This document shows positions 26,200 through 35,417 of a DNA stretch of 64,000 nucleotides, piece by piece. The DNA is taken from assembly GCA_041659685.1 (NCBI GenBank), contig JBAZXV010000004.1, positions 6,355 through 70,354 on the forward strand, in the 5' to 3' direction. The stretch comes from Parcubacteria group bacterium. Lineage in GTDB: Bacteria; Patescibacteriota; Minisyncoccia; Moranbacterales; UBA11712. The first letter of the stretch is position 1; the number at the start of each line of letters is the position of its first letter. The notes beneath the pieces are model-generated. The model did not search any database and had not been told where the DNA came from. It saw only the letters and a list, made by a program, of their open reading frames with translations. A program made the translations under genes and the position numbers.

Positions 26200-27714
26200 A
26201 TGATAAACGCGATAATCGGAGCCAATGGCGAGATGGGGAGATTTCTCATCAACTTTCTCAAGCCGCTGGGACCCGTGATAGAAATTGACAAACAAAGTAA
26301 AGCCAATGAATGGAAAAAAGCATGGAAAGCCGATGTAATCTGGTTTAGCGTCCCTCGGGATATCGTTGATGATATGGTGAGGGGAAAAAAATTAAGCAGT
26401 AAACAGCTCTTAGTCGACATTTGTTCCATAAAAAGAAATATTGCCGCAGTGCTGAAAAAAACCGGAGCTGCCCATCTATCATTGCATCCTTTGCATGGCC
26501 CGTATATACCAATAAGCGGTCAAAAATGGGCGCTTGTTCCAACGGATAAAAATAGTCAGAAGCATCCTATGACTTGCGACATAATCAAATATCTAGAATC
26601 AAAAGAAATAAAAATCGTGGAAGCCGAATCAGAGAATCAGCATGATTTCATGATGGCGTTAACATTGAGTGTTCCGGAGCTGCTCTCGATAATGATTGAC
26701 GAATTAGTCGAACAATACGTCAAAGATAACAAGGCAAAAAAACCATCTAAAGAAGAATTGCGCAAGTGGGCAATTCCGGCTTTTAACTCGATTCATAATA
26801 CTTACATTCATATCGTGGACAGTACATCGCCTTGGCTGCGGGCCGACTTGCTATGCAAAGCTCATGGAAATCTTCTGGAAAGCGCAAGGAAGACTTTTAA
26901 GAAACTCGGGGATGATTTGCTGGAGAAAAATATCAAAAAACATTTGAAAAAACAGCGAAAATACATTGCTGGCTTACCTCAGCGCGAAAAAGAAAATTGT
27001 CGCTCCTGGCTTGAGCGTTGGTTTGTAGAGTCGAATAAAAAAATGTTTCTTGAGGAAAAAGATTATAGTAAACCGGAGTTGAATATTCAGTGGAGTCTTT
27101 CCAGAGAAGAGATATTCAGCTTGAGGAAAAAGAGTTATACAGTGGGCATTCATGGCATTGCCGGATGTTTTACTCATGAGTCAATAATTAGATTTGCTGA
27201 GGAAAATAAGATCAATCCGGAAATATTTGATTTTAGATTCTTGATTACAGCGGAAAATGTTCTGAAAAATGTCCAGGAAAAAAAGATAGACGTGGGAGTT
27301 TTTGCAATGGCAAACTCTGGTTCGGGTGCATATGTTTCAAGCATGCACGCTATGGGAAGATATGACTTTGACGTTTTAGCGGTTTATGGCATGGAAATAG
27401 TCCAATGTTTGATGGGCGATCCCAGAACTGATTTTTCAAAAATCGAACAGGTTTTTGGGCATCCCCAAGCAGTCAGTCAATGCAAGCGTACCTTTGAAGA
27501 GAAATATCCTCAGTTTAAACTTGTATATGGCAATGACAATGATGATACGGCACTATGCGCGAGAATGGTTAAGGAAGGTAAGTTACCAAGGACAACTGCT
27601 ACACTAGCCTCTCAAGTAGCGGCAAAATTATATAAGTTAAAGATTTTTGCCTATGACATGCATCACGATCCTTATAACACTACAACTTTTTTGCTAATCA
27701 GAAAAAGAAAATGA
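26200..27714 (+). CDS. prephenate dehydrogenase (TyrA) N-domain fused to a C-terminal prephenate-dehydratase-like domain
   Basis: N: IIGANGEMGRFLINFLK (NAD fold), DV-W-SVP, SLHPLHGP. C: TVGIHGIAGCFTHESII, TLASQVAAKLYKLKIF, DPYNTTTFLLI (PDT N-TRF-L motif with R to T). Confidence 0.65.
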   Translation: MINAIIGANGEMGRFLINFLKPLGPVIEIDKQSKANEWKKAWKADVIWFSVPRDIVDDMVRGKKLSSKQLLVDICSIKRNIAAVLKKTGAAHLSLHPLHGPYIPISGQKWALVPTDKNSQKHPMTCDIIKYLESKEIKIVEAESENQHDFMMALTLSVPELLSIMIDELVEQYVKDNKAKKPSKEELRKWAIPAFNSIHNTYIHIVDSTSPWLRADLLCKAHGNLLESARKTFKKLGDDLLEKNIKKHLKKQRKYIAGLPQREKENCRSWLERWFVESNKKMFLEEKDYSKPELNIQWSLSREEIFSLRKKSYTVGIHGIAGCFTHESIIRFAEENKINPEIFDFRFLITAENVLKNVQEKKIDVGVFAMANSGSGAYVSSMHAMGRYDFDVLAVYGMEIVQCLMGDPRTDFSKIEQVFGHPQAVSQCKRTFEEKYPQFKLVYGNDNDDTALCARMVKEGKLPRTTATLASQVAAKLYKLKIFAYDMHHDPYNTTTFLLIRKRK

Positions 27715-27879
27715 ATTTCTATGCAAAATTTGAAGCAATGACAAATATTTCCTGGTGGAATTCATCCAAGGCTGATTTTGGTTTGGCTGGATTTCCGTGA
27801 TGCTTATTTCGCAAAAAATATATCTGAACCAAAGTCGGCCTCAATGCAGGTCGATTTATTTTATCTCAAGGAGGCGGGT

Positions 27880-28213
27880 TATGATATTTGAAAATAATCA
27901 AGACGAGAATTACAGAAAACTGATGGCGAAAATCGGTGGATATGTTGTGGCGGTTGCCGTTACATTTGGCGCGCATAAATCGCTTTTCCGGGAAAAAATC
28001 ATGGTTCAGGCCGGTGAAGCCATTTTGACGGCTTTTGCAACGAAAGTGTTGGGAAAACGCATACTCTGCCGCCAGGATTTAATTGATGCCCTTAACTCCG
28101 ACGCAGAATTTCAACAAGCCGTGTCACGGTCGGATGATTTTACTGAAATTTTCTCCAACCATCAATCCGTAAAACAGAAGGAAAAACAGACCAGTCGTCC
28201 TGCCGGCTGGTGA
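27880..28213 (+). CDS. hypothetical protein
   Basis: Strong RBS aaggagg; MIFENNQDENYRKLMAKIGGYVVAVAV... Confidence 0.4.
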
Positions 28214-28239
28214 AAAAGCGCCAACGCGCAAATAAATTC

Positions 28240-28287
28240 GGAAGTCCTCCCGGGGCGAAATCGTCTTGGGAGGACTTTTCTTTTTAT
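28240..28287 (+). terminator. rho-independent terminator
   Basis: gaagtcctccc-ggggcgaaatcgtctt-gggaggactt + ttctttttat. Confidence 0.65.
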
Positions 28288-28321
28288 GGTAGAATATCGG
28301 CAGGCAGTTAAACTTAAATAT

Positions 28322-29260
28322 ATGGCGAAAAAATCAAATAATTTGGCGATTGCAGTGGATATCGGCGGGACGAATTTGCGGACGGCGATTGTCGACGAAA
28401 AAGGGAAAATAATCGCTAAGACCGTCACAAAAACGATCCAAAAAGGAAAAAACGGACAAGTCGTGGCAGAGCAAGTGATTTTAGAAATAAAAAAGTTAAT
28501 TCTAAGAGCCGAGCTTTTGGAAAGGGTGAAAGGTATCGGAGTGAGTTTTGCTGGTCCGATTGATTATAAAAGAGGTAGCGGCGTGAATCCGCCGAATATG
28601 AATTTTTCTTATGTCCCCTTAGTCGGACCGCTAAAAAAATTATTCAAATTGCCGATTATGATGATCAACGATTGCAACGCGGGTGCGCTTGGAGAAAAAT
28701 ATTTCGGATCGGGAAAGAAATTTTCTAATCTGGTCTATGTCACAATTTCTTCCGGCATTGGCGGGGGAGCGATTATCAACGGAAATTTACTGCTGGGAAA
28801 AGGCGGAAACGCGTCGGAAGTCGGGCATATGACAGTTGAAACTCAATACAATCTGCTTTGCACTTGCAAAAAAGGACGCGGACACTGGGAAGCATATGCT
28901 TCAGGAAACAATATGCCGAAATTTTTCAAAATTTGGGCGAAAAAAAATAACTTAGAAGCGGAGCTTCTAAGCGAGGCAAAAGACATTTTTGAAGCGGCCG
29001 AAAGGAAAGATGGAATAGCTTTGAAATTTATGGATGAACTGGGAAAAATAAATGGCCGGGGATTTTCAAACGTCATTGCCGCTTATGATCCGGAATTAAT
29101 TGTTCTTAGTGGGGCGTTGGCGCTAAATAATGGTAATTTGATGCTTAAATATGCTAAAAATAATATTGATAATTTTTTGGGAACTCCCGAGATTAAGATT
29201 TCCTCTCTGGGCGAAAATGCGCCTTTTCTCGGAGCGGCCGCCTCAATTTTTTCGCTTTAA
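28322..29260 (+). CDS. ROK-family sugar kinase (glucokinase-like)
   Basis: AVDIGGTNLRTAIVD, NDCNAGALGE, GIGGGAIING, Zn motif EVGHMTV...CTCKKGRGHWEAYASG. Confidence 0.8.
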   Translation: MAKKSNNLAIAVDIGGTNLRTAIVDEKGKIIAKTVTKTIQKGKNGQVVAEQVILEIKKLILRAELLERVKGIGVSFAGPIDYKRGSGVNPPNMNFSYVPLVGPLKKLFKLPIMMINDCNAGALGEKYFGSGKKFSNLVYVTISSGIGGGAIINGNLLLGKGGNASEVGHMTVETQYNLLCTCKKGRGHWEAYASGNNMPKFFKIWAKKNNLEAELLSEAKDIFEAAERKDGIALKFMDELGKINGRGFSNVIAAYDPELIVLSGALALNNGNLMLKYAKNNIDNFLGTPEIKISSLGENAPFLGAAASIFSL

Positions 29261-29315
29261 TCAGGCATCCATCTCAAATGATTAAATACTATCGCCATTG
29301 TAGTGGTGGCAGTAT

Positions 29316-29516
29316 TTGACTAGTAAGGGAAAAATGTCGGCGGATATGGCTGTGGATAACCAATGCTTGACGAATGGGATATTATCTATTAACATCAATA
29401 CTGTTATGCAAACTGTCTTAGCGAAAAATTCCATCCAGACTCTGCTAGTCCTAGTGCTACTATTCGTCGTGGCGCGTTTTTCGCTGAGCAGAGTGTTTTA
29501 TAAGATCATCAATTAG
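29316..29516 (+). CDS. small membrane hypothetical protein
   Basis: 66 aa with a C-terminal TM; a clean terminator follows 30 nt downstream. Confidence 0.25.
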   Translation: MTSKGKMSADMAVDNQCLTNGILSININTVMQTVLAKNSIQTLLVLVLLFVVARFSLSRVFYKIIN

Positions 29517-29546
29517 AAGATTTATATAAACAAAGATTAGAACTCT

Positions 29547-29577
29547 CCGCCCGGCGCAAAACACGGCGGTTTTTTTA
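29547..29577 (+). terminator. rho-independent terminator
   Basis: ccgcc-cggcgcaaaacac-ggcgg-tttttttat. Confidence 0.6.
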
Positions 29578-29774
29578 TATATCGTCGAAAAAATATCAGG
29601 CCGAAAGGAGGGGAAAATGATAAATTTTTCCAAGACAGGGTGCTTCTGCATCTTATGCCGTCAAGAGATTTGGCGTGCCGCCGGGTGGTATCGATGCAAT
29701 TGTATCGAAGGAAAAAGCTGGAGGATTCCTTTTAGGTGGCTAAGTATGCTTTATTTACCTGGACCTAAACGGGT

Positions 29775-30260
29775 TTGGATGTGATCTTCGAAAAGGAGTT
29801 AGGGGAGACGAGTATGACGGAGATTGGACAACCGCGCTGCAACACAAAGGATACTGTTCCTTGCCAAGTGAAAATTTTGGAAATCTGCCGCAAGTGCGGC
29901 GGCTTCGAACTCAATCCCGGGATCGTCAAATTTTGCCCGCGATGCCTTCCGGCGTTCGGGAAGCAAGCTGAGTTGAGGCTTGAAACTGACGCTAAAACTC
30001 AAGCGGACGAGCTGTTTTGCGACACCTGCCGGTTTCGTTGCTGGAACCGGAATTACTATTTTTATCGGTCGGTAGTTCAGCGGTTTTTATGCTCAGGAGA
30101 TCATGAAGAGAAAATTACAGTAAAGGGGGAGCGGTGCAAGAGAAAAAAAGGAAGCCGTCGCTGCTCGAATTTGATAGCAGCGGGTAAGTGCCCTGTCGGG
30201 AAGCATAAAAATCCAAATGCCAGGTGCAATTCGAGATTTTCCAAACTAACCTCAGCTTAG
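29775..30260 (+). CDS. Cys-rich hypothetical ORF (multiple CxxC pairs)
   Basis: CRKCGG, CPRC, CDTCRFRC; coding status doubtful. Confidence 0.2.
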   Translation: MDVIFEKELGETSMTEIGQPRCNTKDTVPCQVKILEICRKCGGFELNPGIVKFCPRCLPAFGKQAELRLETDAKTQADELFCDTCRFRCWNRNYYFYRSVVQRFLCSGDHEEKITVKGERCKRKKGSRRCSNLIAAGKCPVGKHKNPNARCNSRFSKLTSA

Positions 30261-31287
30261 ACAGGCAGCGAAAAATCGTGCCCAAGTCGAAATTAACGGG
30301 GAGGCAGAAATGGCTACAGAAGTTTTATGTTCAGCCGCTGAAGGCTCGGAAAATTGCAGGGAGCGATGCAAAGAAGGGAAATGTCCTTATGGGTGTCCGG
30401 AGAGTAGCTGTCCTCCGATCAGGCAAAGACTGGGGCATGTTTCCGTGAGGCCGGCTGCGGTCAACGGACAAAGGTTTTCCGCTCGGGCCTAACGTGCGGC
30501 AATAAGCCACGTATTTAAAAGAACCAAAAAGATAAATCGCAGGTCCAAAATTTTCCGGGCATAGCTCATTGTTGCTATGCATCCGGGGGGAGGATCACAG
30601 CGCAACACGCTGTCTCCCTGGGAGTAACCAAACTCCCTTTTTTTGTTGACAAAATATCTTGAGTGTATATCACAAAGGGAGAAAATAAACAAATAGATCC
30701 GCGATATGCCGCAGGAAGGCAAGCTCTTCAATTCAGGAGAGCACAGTGCCAGAATGGGGTCGGGGTTCGAAAGAGCCCTGACCCCATCATCTTAAATCAG
30801 AGTTAAATTTATATGAACAACCAGTATTAACGTCGGTTTTTAGGATTATGAAAATTTATCCAATAACAAAATTATACATTCTGCTATTGCAAAAAAAGCT
30901 GGTTTTTTGCCAAACAAATTGTTTTGCATAGTTTATTTTTAGAACTAACAGAGAAATTTGCCCGGCAAAAAAGTCGGGCATCTTTAATTCAGAAGGGAGA
31001 AGCAATGCCGATTACAGTTAGAATTATCGCCGAACTTATGAGCGGACAGGAAAAAGGGATTGAGCGCCAGACGTGAGAAGTTTGCCGTCAAAAGAGACCG
31101 ATGTATTTCCAGCATTGTCTGGATGATCTGCAGTCGTTTCTGGAGGAGAAGCTTAGCGAATTTCTCCGCGGCGCGCCGGTAAAGGTGGAAATTCAAACGG
31201 ATTCCAATCTACCCGCATAAAAATTTTGCCGGCAGAGCGGGGCTGCAAAGCCAGCCTCACTCAATATCAATTAACTTTGGGAATTTA

Positions 31288-31356
31288 TCTCTCTTTGCGG
31301 AAAACTACGAGATAAGTTCGTCGGATAGATGCTTCTTTTTCTGTTTAGAGGAGCTT
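31288..31356. repeat. copy (c) of the CYTTTGCRGAAAAC element
   Basis: ctctctttgcggaaaactacgagataagttcgtcggatagatgcttctttttctgtttagagg aligns over ~60 nt with copy (a). Confidence 0.4.
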
Positions 31357-31540
31357 CATTCCAAAGAATGATTTCTTATAGAAAAATAATATTGACGAGA
31401 GTGCATTCGGGGATTATGATTTAGTAAGCATGAAACGAAGATCAACGGGAAAAAATTTTGTGAAGATTTGGATTAAGATGCTAGTCAATAGCAACTATAA
31501 TTTCTCGTTGAGTAAAGTATTCTAAATAACAGAAAATAAT

Positions 31541-32119
31541 TTGCCCATAGAATATTTCACCCCGCGAGGAATCAATTCCGGCGGGATTATTTTTGCCCAG
31601 CGAGGCGTCAAAAAAACAAGGAGGCAGCGAACAATGGCGTGTTCAGGTCCTGAAGAAAGCGGCAGTAAGGTGTCCGAGGTAGGAGTAGTTTTATCTCCGA
31701 AAGTATATGGGGAGTGCCACAAGCTTCCCAAAGGGGGAAAATGCAGAAGTGCGGTGAAGCAAACGGCAAGAGGGGTAAAATTTCTGTGTCCCAGCCTTAA
31801 TTGCGGTTATGAATTCTGCCTTTCCAAGCACCCGGGAGCTGTTGGAAAGAGGACCAATGTTCGGAGTATTGGACGGACTATTTTTGGACAAGATTATCAT
31901 AAATATAGTCTTATTTTCCTGACCGGAGCGAAAGAACTGATCGCCGCCGCTCCCAATGAGGAAGTAAAACCTTTGGAACCGAAAAGGACTCTGCGTAATG
32001 TGCACCAAGGTTCAATAGAACCGCCCTGGGGCCGCGCCGAAGTCGCACGGACCGAAGGTTTCCGGCTTATTAACGAAAAAACCGGACCCAACATCATCCA
32101 ACGCCATCCAGAGCGCTGA
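31541..32119 (+). CDS. hypothetical ORF
   Basis: 192-aa ORF followed by a 10-bp hairpin gagggctgga/tccagccctc; no family. Confidence 0.2.
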   Translation: MPIEYFTPRGINSGGIIFAQRGVKKTRRQRTMACSGPEESGSKVSEVGVVLSPKVYGECHKLPKGGKCRSAVKQTARGVKFLCPSLNCGYEFCLSKHPGAVGKRTNVRSIGRTIFGQDYHKYSLIFLTGAKELIAAAPNEEVKPLEPKRTLRNVHQGSIEPPWGRAEVARTEGFRLINEKTGPNIIQRHPER

Positions 32120-32299
32120 CCAAAGAGAGGGCTGGATAATTGCAAAGCGTCCAGCCCTCCCCATCAAAAAATATGCTGTTAAGCTTGTCTCGAGCGGAGA
32201 TTATAATAATCTGAAATTTTATCCTCCCAGAAGGAACGGACGGTTATCCCGTGCGTAGACTTGGGGAGCTTCATATAAAATGATTGAATGTCCGGAGGC

Positions 32300-32327
32300 T
32301 TGACCAATTTATAATAGCGTGTATAAT
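32300..32327 (+). promoter_or_regulatory. sigma70-like promoter
   Basis: TTGACC-16 nt-TATAAT (ttgacc aatttataatagcgtg tataat). Confidence 0.5.
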
Positions 32328-32335
32328 ATATTTCA

Positions 32336-32416
32336 ATGAACAGCAAAACCCGCTTCATAAACATTATCAGCATTATTATTATCCGACCTCAGTTGCCCGG
32401 CGAGTTTTGCGTTTAA
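32336..32416 (+). CDS. Ile-rich leader peptide (26 aa: MNSKTRFINIISIIIIRPQLPGEFCV)
   Basis: ATG ~9 nt after the -10; 7 Ile of 26 aa including a run of four (IIII); a terminator hairpin lies 23 nt after the stop; a LeuA/CimA-family gene lies downstream. Confidence 0.5.
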   Translation: MNSKTRFINIISIIIIRPQLPGEFCV

Positions 32417-32438
32417 GTCAAATTTCTTGAATTCAGAA

Positions 32439-32467
32439 CCGGCTCGGCAACAACGAGTCGGTTTTTT
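32439..32467 (+). terminator. attenuator / rho-independent terminator
   Basis: ccggctcg-gcaacaa-cgagtcgg + tttttt (8-bp stem with one G-U). Confidence 0.6.
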
Positions 32468-32523
32468 GTTCCTTGTCACATAGCACAAAAAAATAATCAT
32501 AAAATCATAGTGAGGAAATATTT

Positions 32524-32850
32524 ATGTCTAGAGGATTTGAGATTGGCGGAGTGGTGTTTTACCGAGGCTGCCAGCAAATTCAGGATTTTTTTCAAGAGTT
32601 GGCCGAAGTTTTCGGGGTGGGATGCTCAAAAAGCTTTGGGGAATGTATGGCGCAGAACGAAGATTTATTGCGCGCATTTCTCGAAAGTTTTGGGTTCAAA
32701 GGGAACCATGAGAGAACCACTTTCTGTGAAAAGTCCGGATGCTCTCTGAATGGCGATTGTCCCGCTACAAATTGGGATAAAGTCAAAGTATGGAAAATTC
32801 CTCCCGAAGCTCGGCTGAACGGCGGGCGTTCCGGGAGCCTCTTGTGCTAA
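32524..32850 (+). CDS. hypothetical protein
   Basis: 108-aa ORF between the attenuator and the synthase gene; no family. Confidence 0.25.
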   Translation: MSRGFEIGGVVFYRGCQQIQDFFQELAEVFGVGCSKSFGECMAQNEDLLRAFLESFGFKGNHERTTFCEKSGCSLNGDCPATNWDKVKVWKIPPEARLNGGRSGSLLC

Positions 32851-33126
32851 GAAAATTGGGGAGACGCCAATATGCGCCTCCCCCCAACCAAAAAATTATT
32901 AATTTCACATAACTAATCCATAAATAATTCAAATGAAAAGCCCGAGTCGTTCAAAAAATATTATTGGCATTATTCAACCGGCCGAGATTGTCGGGTTAGT
33001 TTTGTAATATATAAATTAAGATCCGCTTACAAAACCGACCTGATAATGGGTCGGTTTTTGCTTTAAAAAAGCAGCGGTTCTTTGAAAAACATGAAAGCGG
33101 AAAAAATCAAAAAAAAGGAGTCGGAA

Positions 33127-34674
33127 ATGTTCAAAAGAGAAAGAGTGGAAATAATGGACACGACGCTTCGGGACGGGGAGCAAATATCGCACGGCAGTTT
33201 TTCGCCGGAATGGAAGCCCCGGATCGTAAAAGCGCTTTTTGAAGCTGGTGTGGATCGGGTCGAGGTCTGTTCGGCGCGAGGCCATTCAAAAAAAGAGCAA
33301 AAAATGCTTGCCGAAGTCATGAAATGGGCAGCCGATAAGTGTCTCGATCGTCATGTCGAAGTCCTGACTTTCCTGGACGGGACAAAATCGGTTGATTGGG
33401 TCCGGCAAGCCGGCGGAAAGACAATAAACCTTCTTGCCAAAGGTTCTCAGCTCCACGCTCGGGAGCAACTGGGACATAATGTCAAAAGGCATCTCGAAAA
33501 AATTACCGAATCCGCGGGTTATGCCGCAGCTTGCGGAATTGAAGTCAATCTTTATCTTGAAGACTGGTCTCAGGGGATGATGGATTCTCCCGGTTTTATT
33601 GAGCAGCTATTGAACGGGATAGCAGATTTGCCTATCCGGCGCATAATGCTTTGCGACACGATGGGGGTTTTGAATCCGTGGAAGACGGAAAACATGGTTC
33701 TTAGGATGATGAAATGGCAGCTGCATTTCCACTATGATTTTCATGGGCATAATGACTATGGTTTGGCGGTTGCGAACAGTCTGGCGGCCGTGAAAGCGGG
33801 CGCGAAGGGAATACATGCGACTGTCAATGGACTCGGAGAACGGACAGGAAACGCTCCACTCGACGAAATCACTCTTGGAATCCGGGATCAACTTTCTGAC
33901 TATCGTACAGACATCAGAATTACTCATCTTCGCGGCCTCGGCCGCAATGTCGCCTTGATGTCGGGGCGGCGGATGCCTCCCAACAAACCCATGACCGGGA
34001 GCGAATGTTTCTCAAATACCGCCGGAGTTCACGCGGATGGAAATCGAAAAAAAAGCCTTTATGCGCATCGTTGGCTGAGGCCGGAAGATTTTGGATCCAG
34101 AATCCGTCATTCGATGGGAAAACTTTCCGGAAAATCCAATATCCTTTTTAATCTTGAAAGGCTTGAGTGGAAACTTTCCGATGAGCAAGTTAATGCCGTC
34201 CTTCTTCGTACGGTTCGACTTTCCGATGAGGGAAAAGCTATAACGCTTGGAGATCTTCCCTTTGTCGTGGCGTCGGTTCTTAATCAGCCGGAATTAATTG
34301 TATTTGAGGTTGTTTCAGCTGAAACTTGCTCGCGTACTGCCCGAAAAGCAACGACCAAAGCGAAAATCAAATATCGCGGCGAAGAGCATGAACTGGAAGC
34401 GGATGGTGACGGGGGATTTGACGCGTTTATGAACGCCCTTGCGCTGTGGGCGAAAAAATCTCAATCCCTAAAAATTCCCGATCTTCTGGACTACTCCGTC
34501 AATATTCCGCCCGGAGGAAAATCTTCGGCTCTGGTTCACGTGACAATTGAGTGGGAGGTTTCCGGAAAAATAGGAAAATTTGCTACTTCCGGAGTGCATT
34601 GTGATCAGGTGCTGGCGGCTATTGAGGCGGCATCGCTGGCGGTGAATTTGTGCAACTGCGGCAGAAAAAGGTGA
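33127..34674 (+). CDS. 2-isopropylmalate / (R)-citramalate synthase family protein (LeuA/CimA-like, with C-terminal regulatory domain)
   Basis: RBS aaggag 6 nt upstream; IMDTTLRDGEQ, HFHYDFHGHNDYGLAVANSLAAVKAGA, NGLGERTGNAPL; ~515 aa. Confidence 0.8.
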   Translation: MFKRERVEIMDTTLRDGEQISHGSFSPEWKPRIVKALFEAGVDRVEVCSARGHSKKEQKMLAEVMKWAADKCLDRHVEVLTFLDGTKSVDWVRQAGGKTINLLAKGSQLHAREQLGHNVKRHLEKITESAGYAAACGIEVNLYLEDWSQGMMDSPGFIEQLLNGIADLPIRRIMLCDTMGVLNPWKTENMVLRMMKWQLHFHYDFHGHNDYGLAVANSLAAVKAGAKGIHATVNGLGERTGNAPLDEITLGIRDQLSDYRTDIRITHLRGLGRNVALMSGRRMPPNKPMTGSECFSNTAGVHADGNRKKSLYAHRWLRPEDFGSRIRHSMGKLSGKSNILFNLERLEWKLSDEQVNAVLLRTVRLSDEGKAITLGDLPFVVASVLNQPELIVFEVVSAETCSRTARKATTKAKIKYRGEEHELEADGDGGFDAFMNALALWAKKSQSLKIPDLLDYSVNIPPGGKSSALVHVTIEWEVSGKIGKFATSGVHCDQVLAAIEAASLAVNLCNCGRKR

Positions 34675-34691
34675 AAAATTCAGCTAATCAA

Positions 34692-34725
34692 AGGGGAGGC
34701 GCCCGCGCGGCATCTTCCCTTTTTC
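34692..34725 (+). terminator. rho-independent terminator
   Basis: aggggaggcgcccgcgcggcatcttccct + ttttcatttt. Confidence 0.55.
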
Positions 34726-34775
34726 ATTTTAGTGTAGTAGATTTTTAAAAGACTATTTAAGGGAGGAATGGGCCT

Positions 34776-34964
34776 GTGGCAATAAAAGTGAAAAGATGTA
34801 CGCCATTTTTTCCAAAGAAATGCCCGATTTTTAGTGAAATAGTTATTCTGAATCCCGGCAAGGGCAGCTTGATTGCCGGCTATATCGAGAAATTGTTAAG
34901 AGTTCAGGTAGGCACGGAGGCCTGCTGTATCTGCGGAGAGGCTTCTCAGTGCAAGGCAATATAA
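34776..34964 (+). CDS. small Cys-rich hypothetical protein
   Basis: 62 aa; followed by a terminator at 34982-35023. Confidence 0.3.
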   Translation: MAIKVKRCTPFFPKKCPIFSEIVILNPGKGSLIAGYIEKLLRVQVGTEACCICGEASQCKAI

Positions 34965-34981
34965 AAGCCGCGCAGAGTCAG

Positions 34982-35023
34982 GGGCGGGAGAAGACTGGCG
35001 CGTCTTCCCCTCGAATTTTTTTT
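34982..35023 (+). terminator. rho-independent terminator
   Basis: gggcgggagaagac-tggcgc-gtcttcccc + tcgaatttttttt. Confidence 0.55.
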
Positions 35024-35066
35024 GTGATAGATTAAAAATAGAGTTAATAAAAATTAAAGTAAAAAT

Positions 35067-35246
35067 ATGGGACTAAAAAGCGAAATTAACGAACAAGTTG
35101 GTAAATTGTCCAGCAAACTCAGTGAAATTCATGCGATTGCATCTCAACTTGACGGAATTGCGTCGAAAATGAATAGTATTGAAACCGAACTTACGGAAAC
35201 TATCTCAAATATCAAAACAAAAGCCGATCATATTAAGGAAGATTAA
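35067..35246 (+). CDS. small coiled-coil hypothetical protein (59 aa, below the ORF-track cutoff)
   Basis: MGLKSEINEQVGKLSSKLSEIHAIASQLDGIASKMNSIETELTETISNIKTKADHIKED; heptad-like pattern. A perfect palindrome TTGAGATAgGATCtTATCTCAA follows at 35279-35300. Confidence 0.35.
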   Translation: MGLKSEINEQVGKLSSKLSEIHAIASQLDGIASKMNSIETELTETISNIKTKADHIKED

Positions 35247-35331
35247 TTTTATTTTTCTTGTTGGCATCTGATGTTTATTGAGATAGGATCTTATCTCAAT
35301 ATTTACGCAGGAAAATGTGGTTAAAACATAG

Positions 35332-35402
35332 CGGGCTGTAGTATAGTGGTAGTACGCGAGGCTGGGGGTCTTGTAGCCCGGGTTCGATTCCCGGCAGCCC
35401 GA
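35332..35402 (+). tRNA. tRNA-Pro (anticodon GGG)
   Basis: Cloverleaf folded by hand: acceptor CGGGCTG/CAGCCCG, D-stem GTAT/GTAC with AGTGGTA loop, anticodon stem CGAGG/TCTTG with loop CU-GGG-GG, T-arm CCGGG-TTCGATT-CCCGG, discriminator A; no encoded CCA. Confidence 0.8.
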
Positions 35403-35417
35403 ATTTTAATACAAAAA

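Noticed and set aside
30740-30800. tRNA-like T-arm (ggggttcgaaagagccc) inside hairpin atggggtc...gaccccat
   Set aside because: No cloverleaf can be drawn. There is no D-arm or anticodon arm, and the T-loop sequence is not TTCRAWY in the right context. It is just a GC hairpin.
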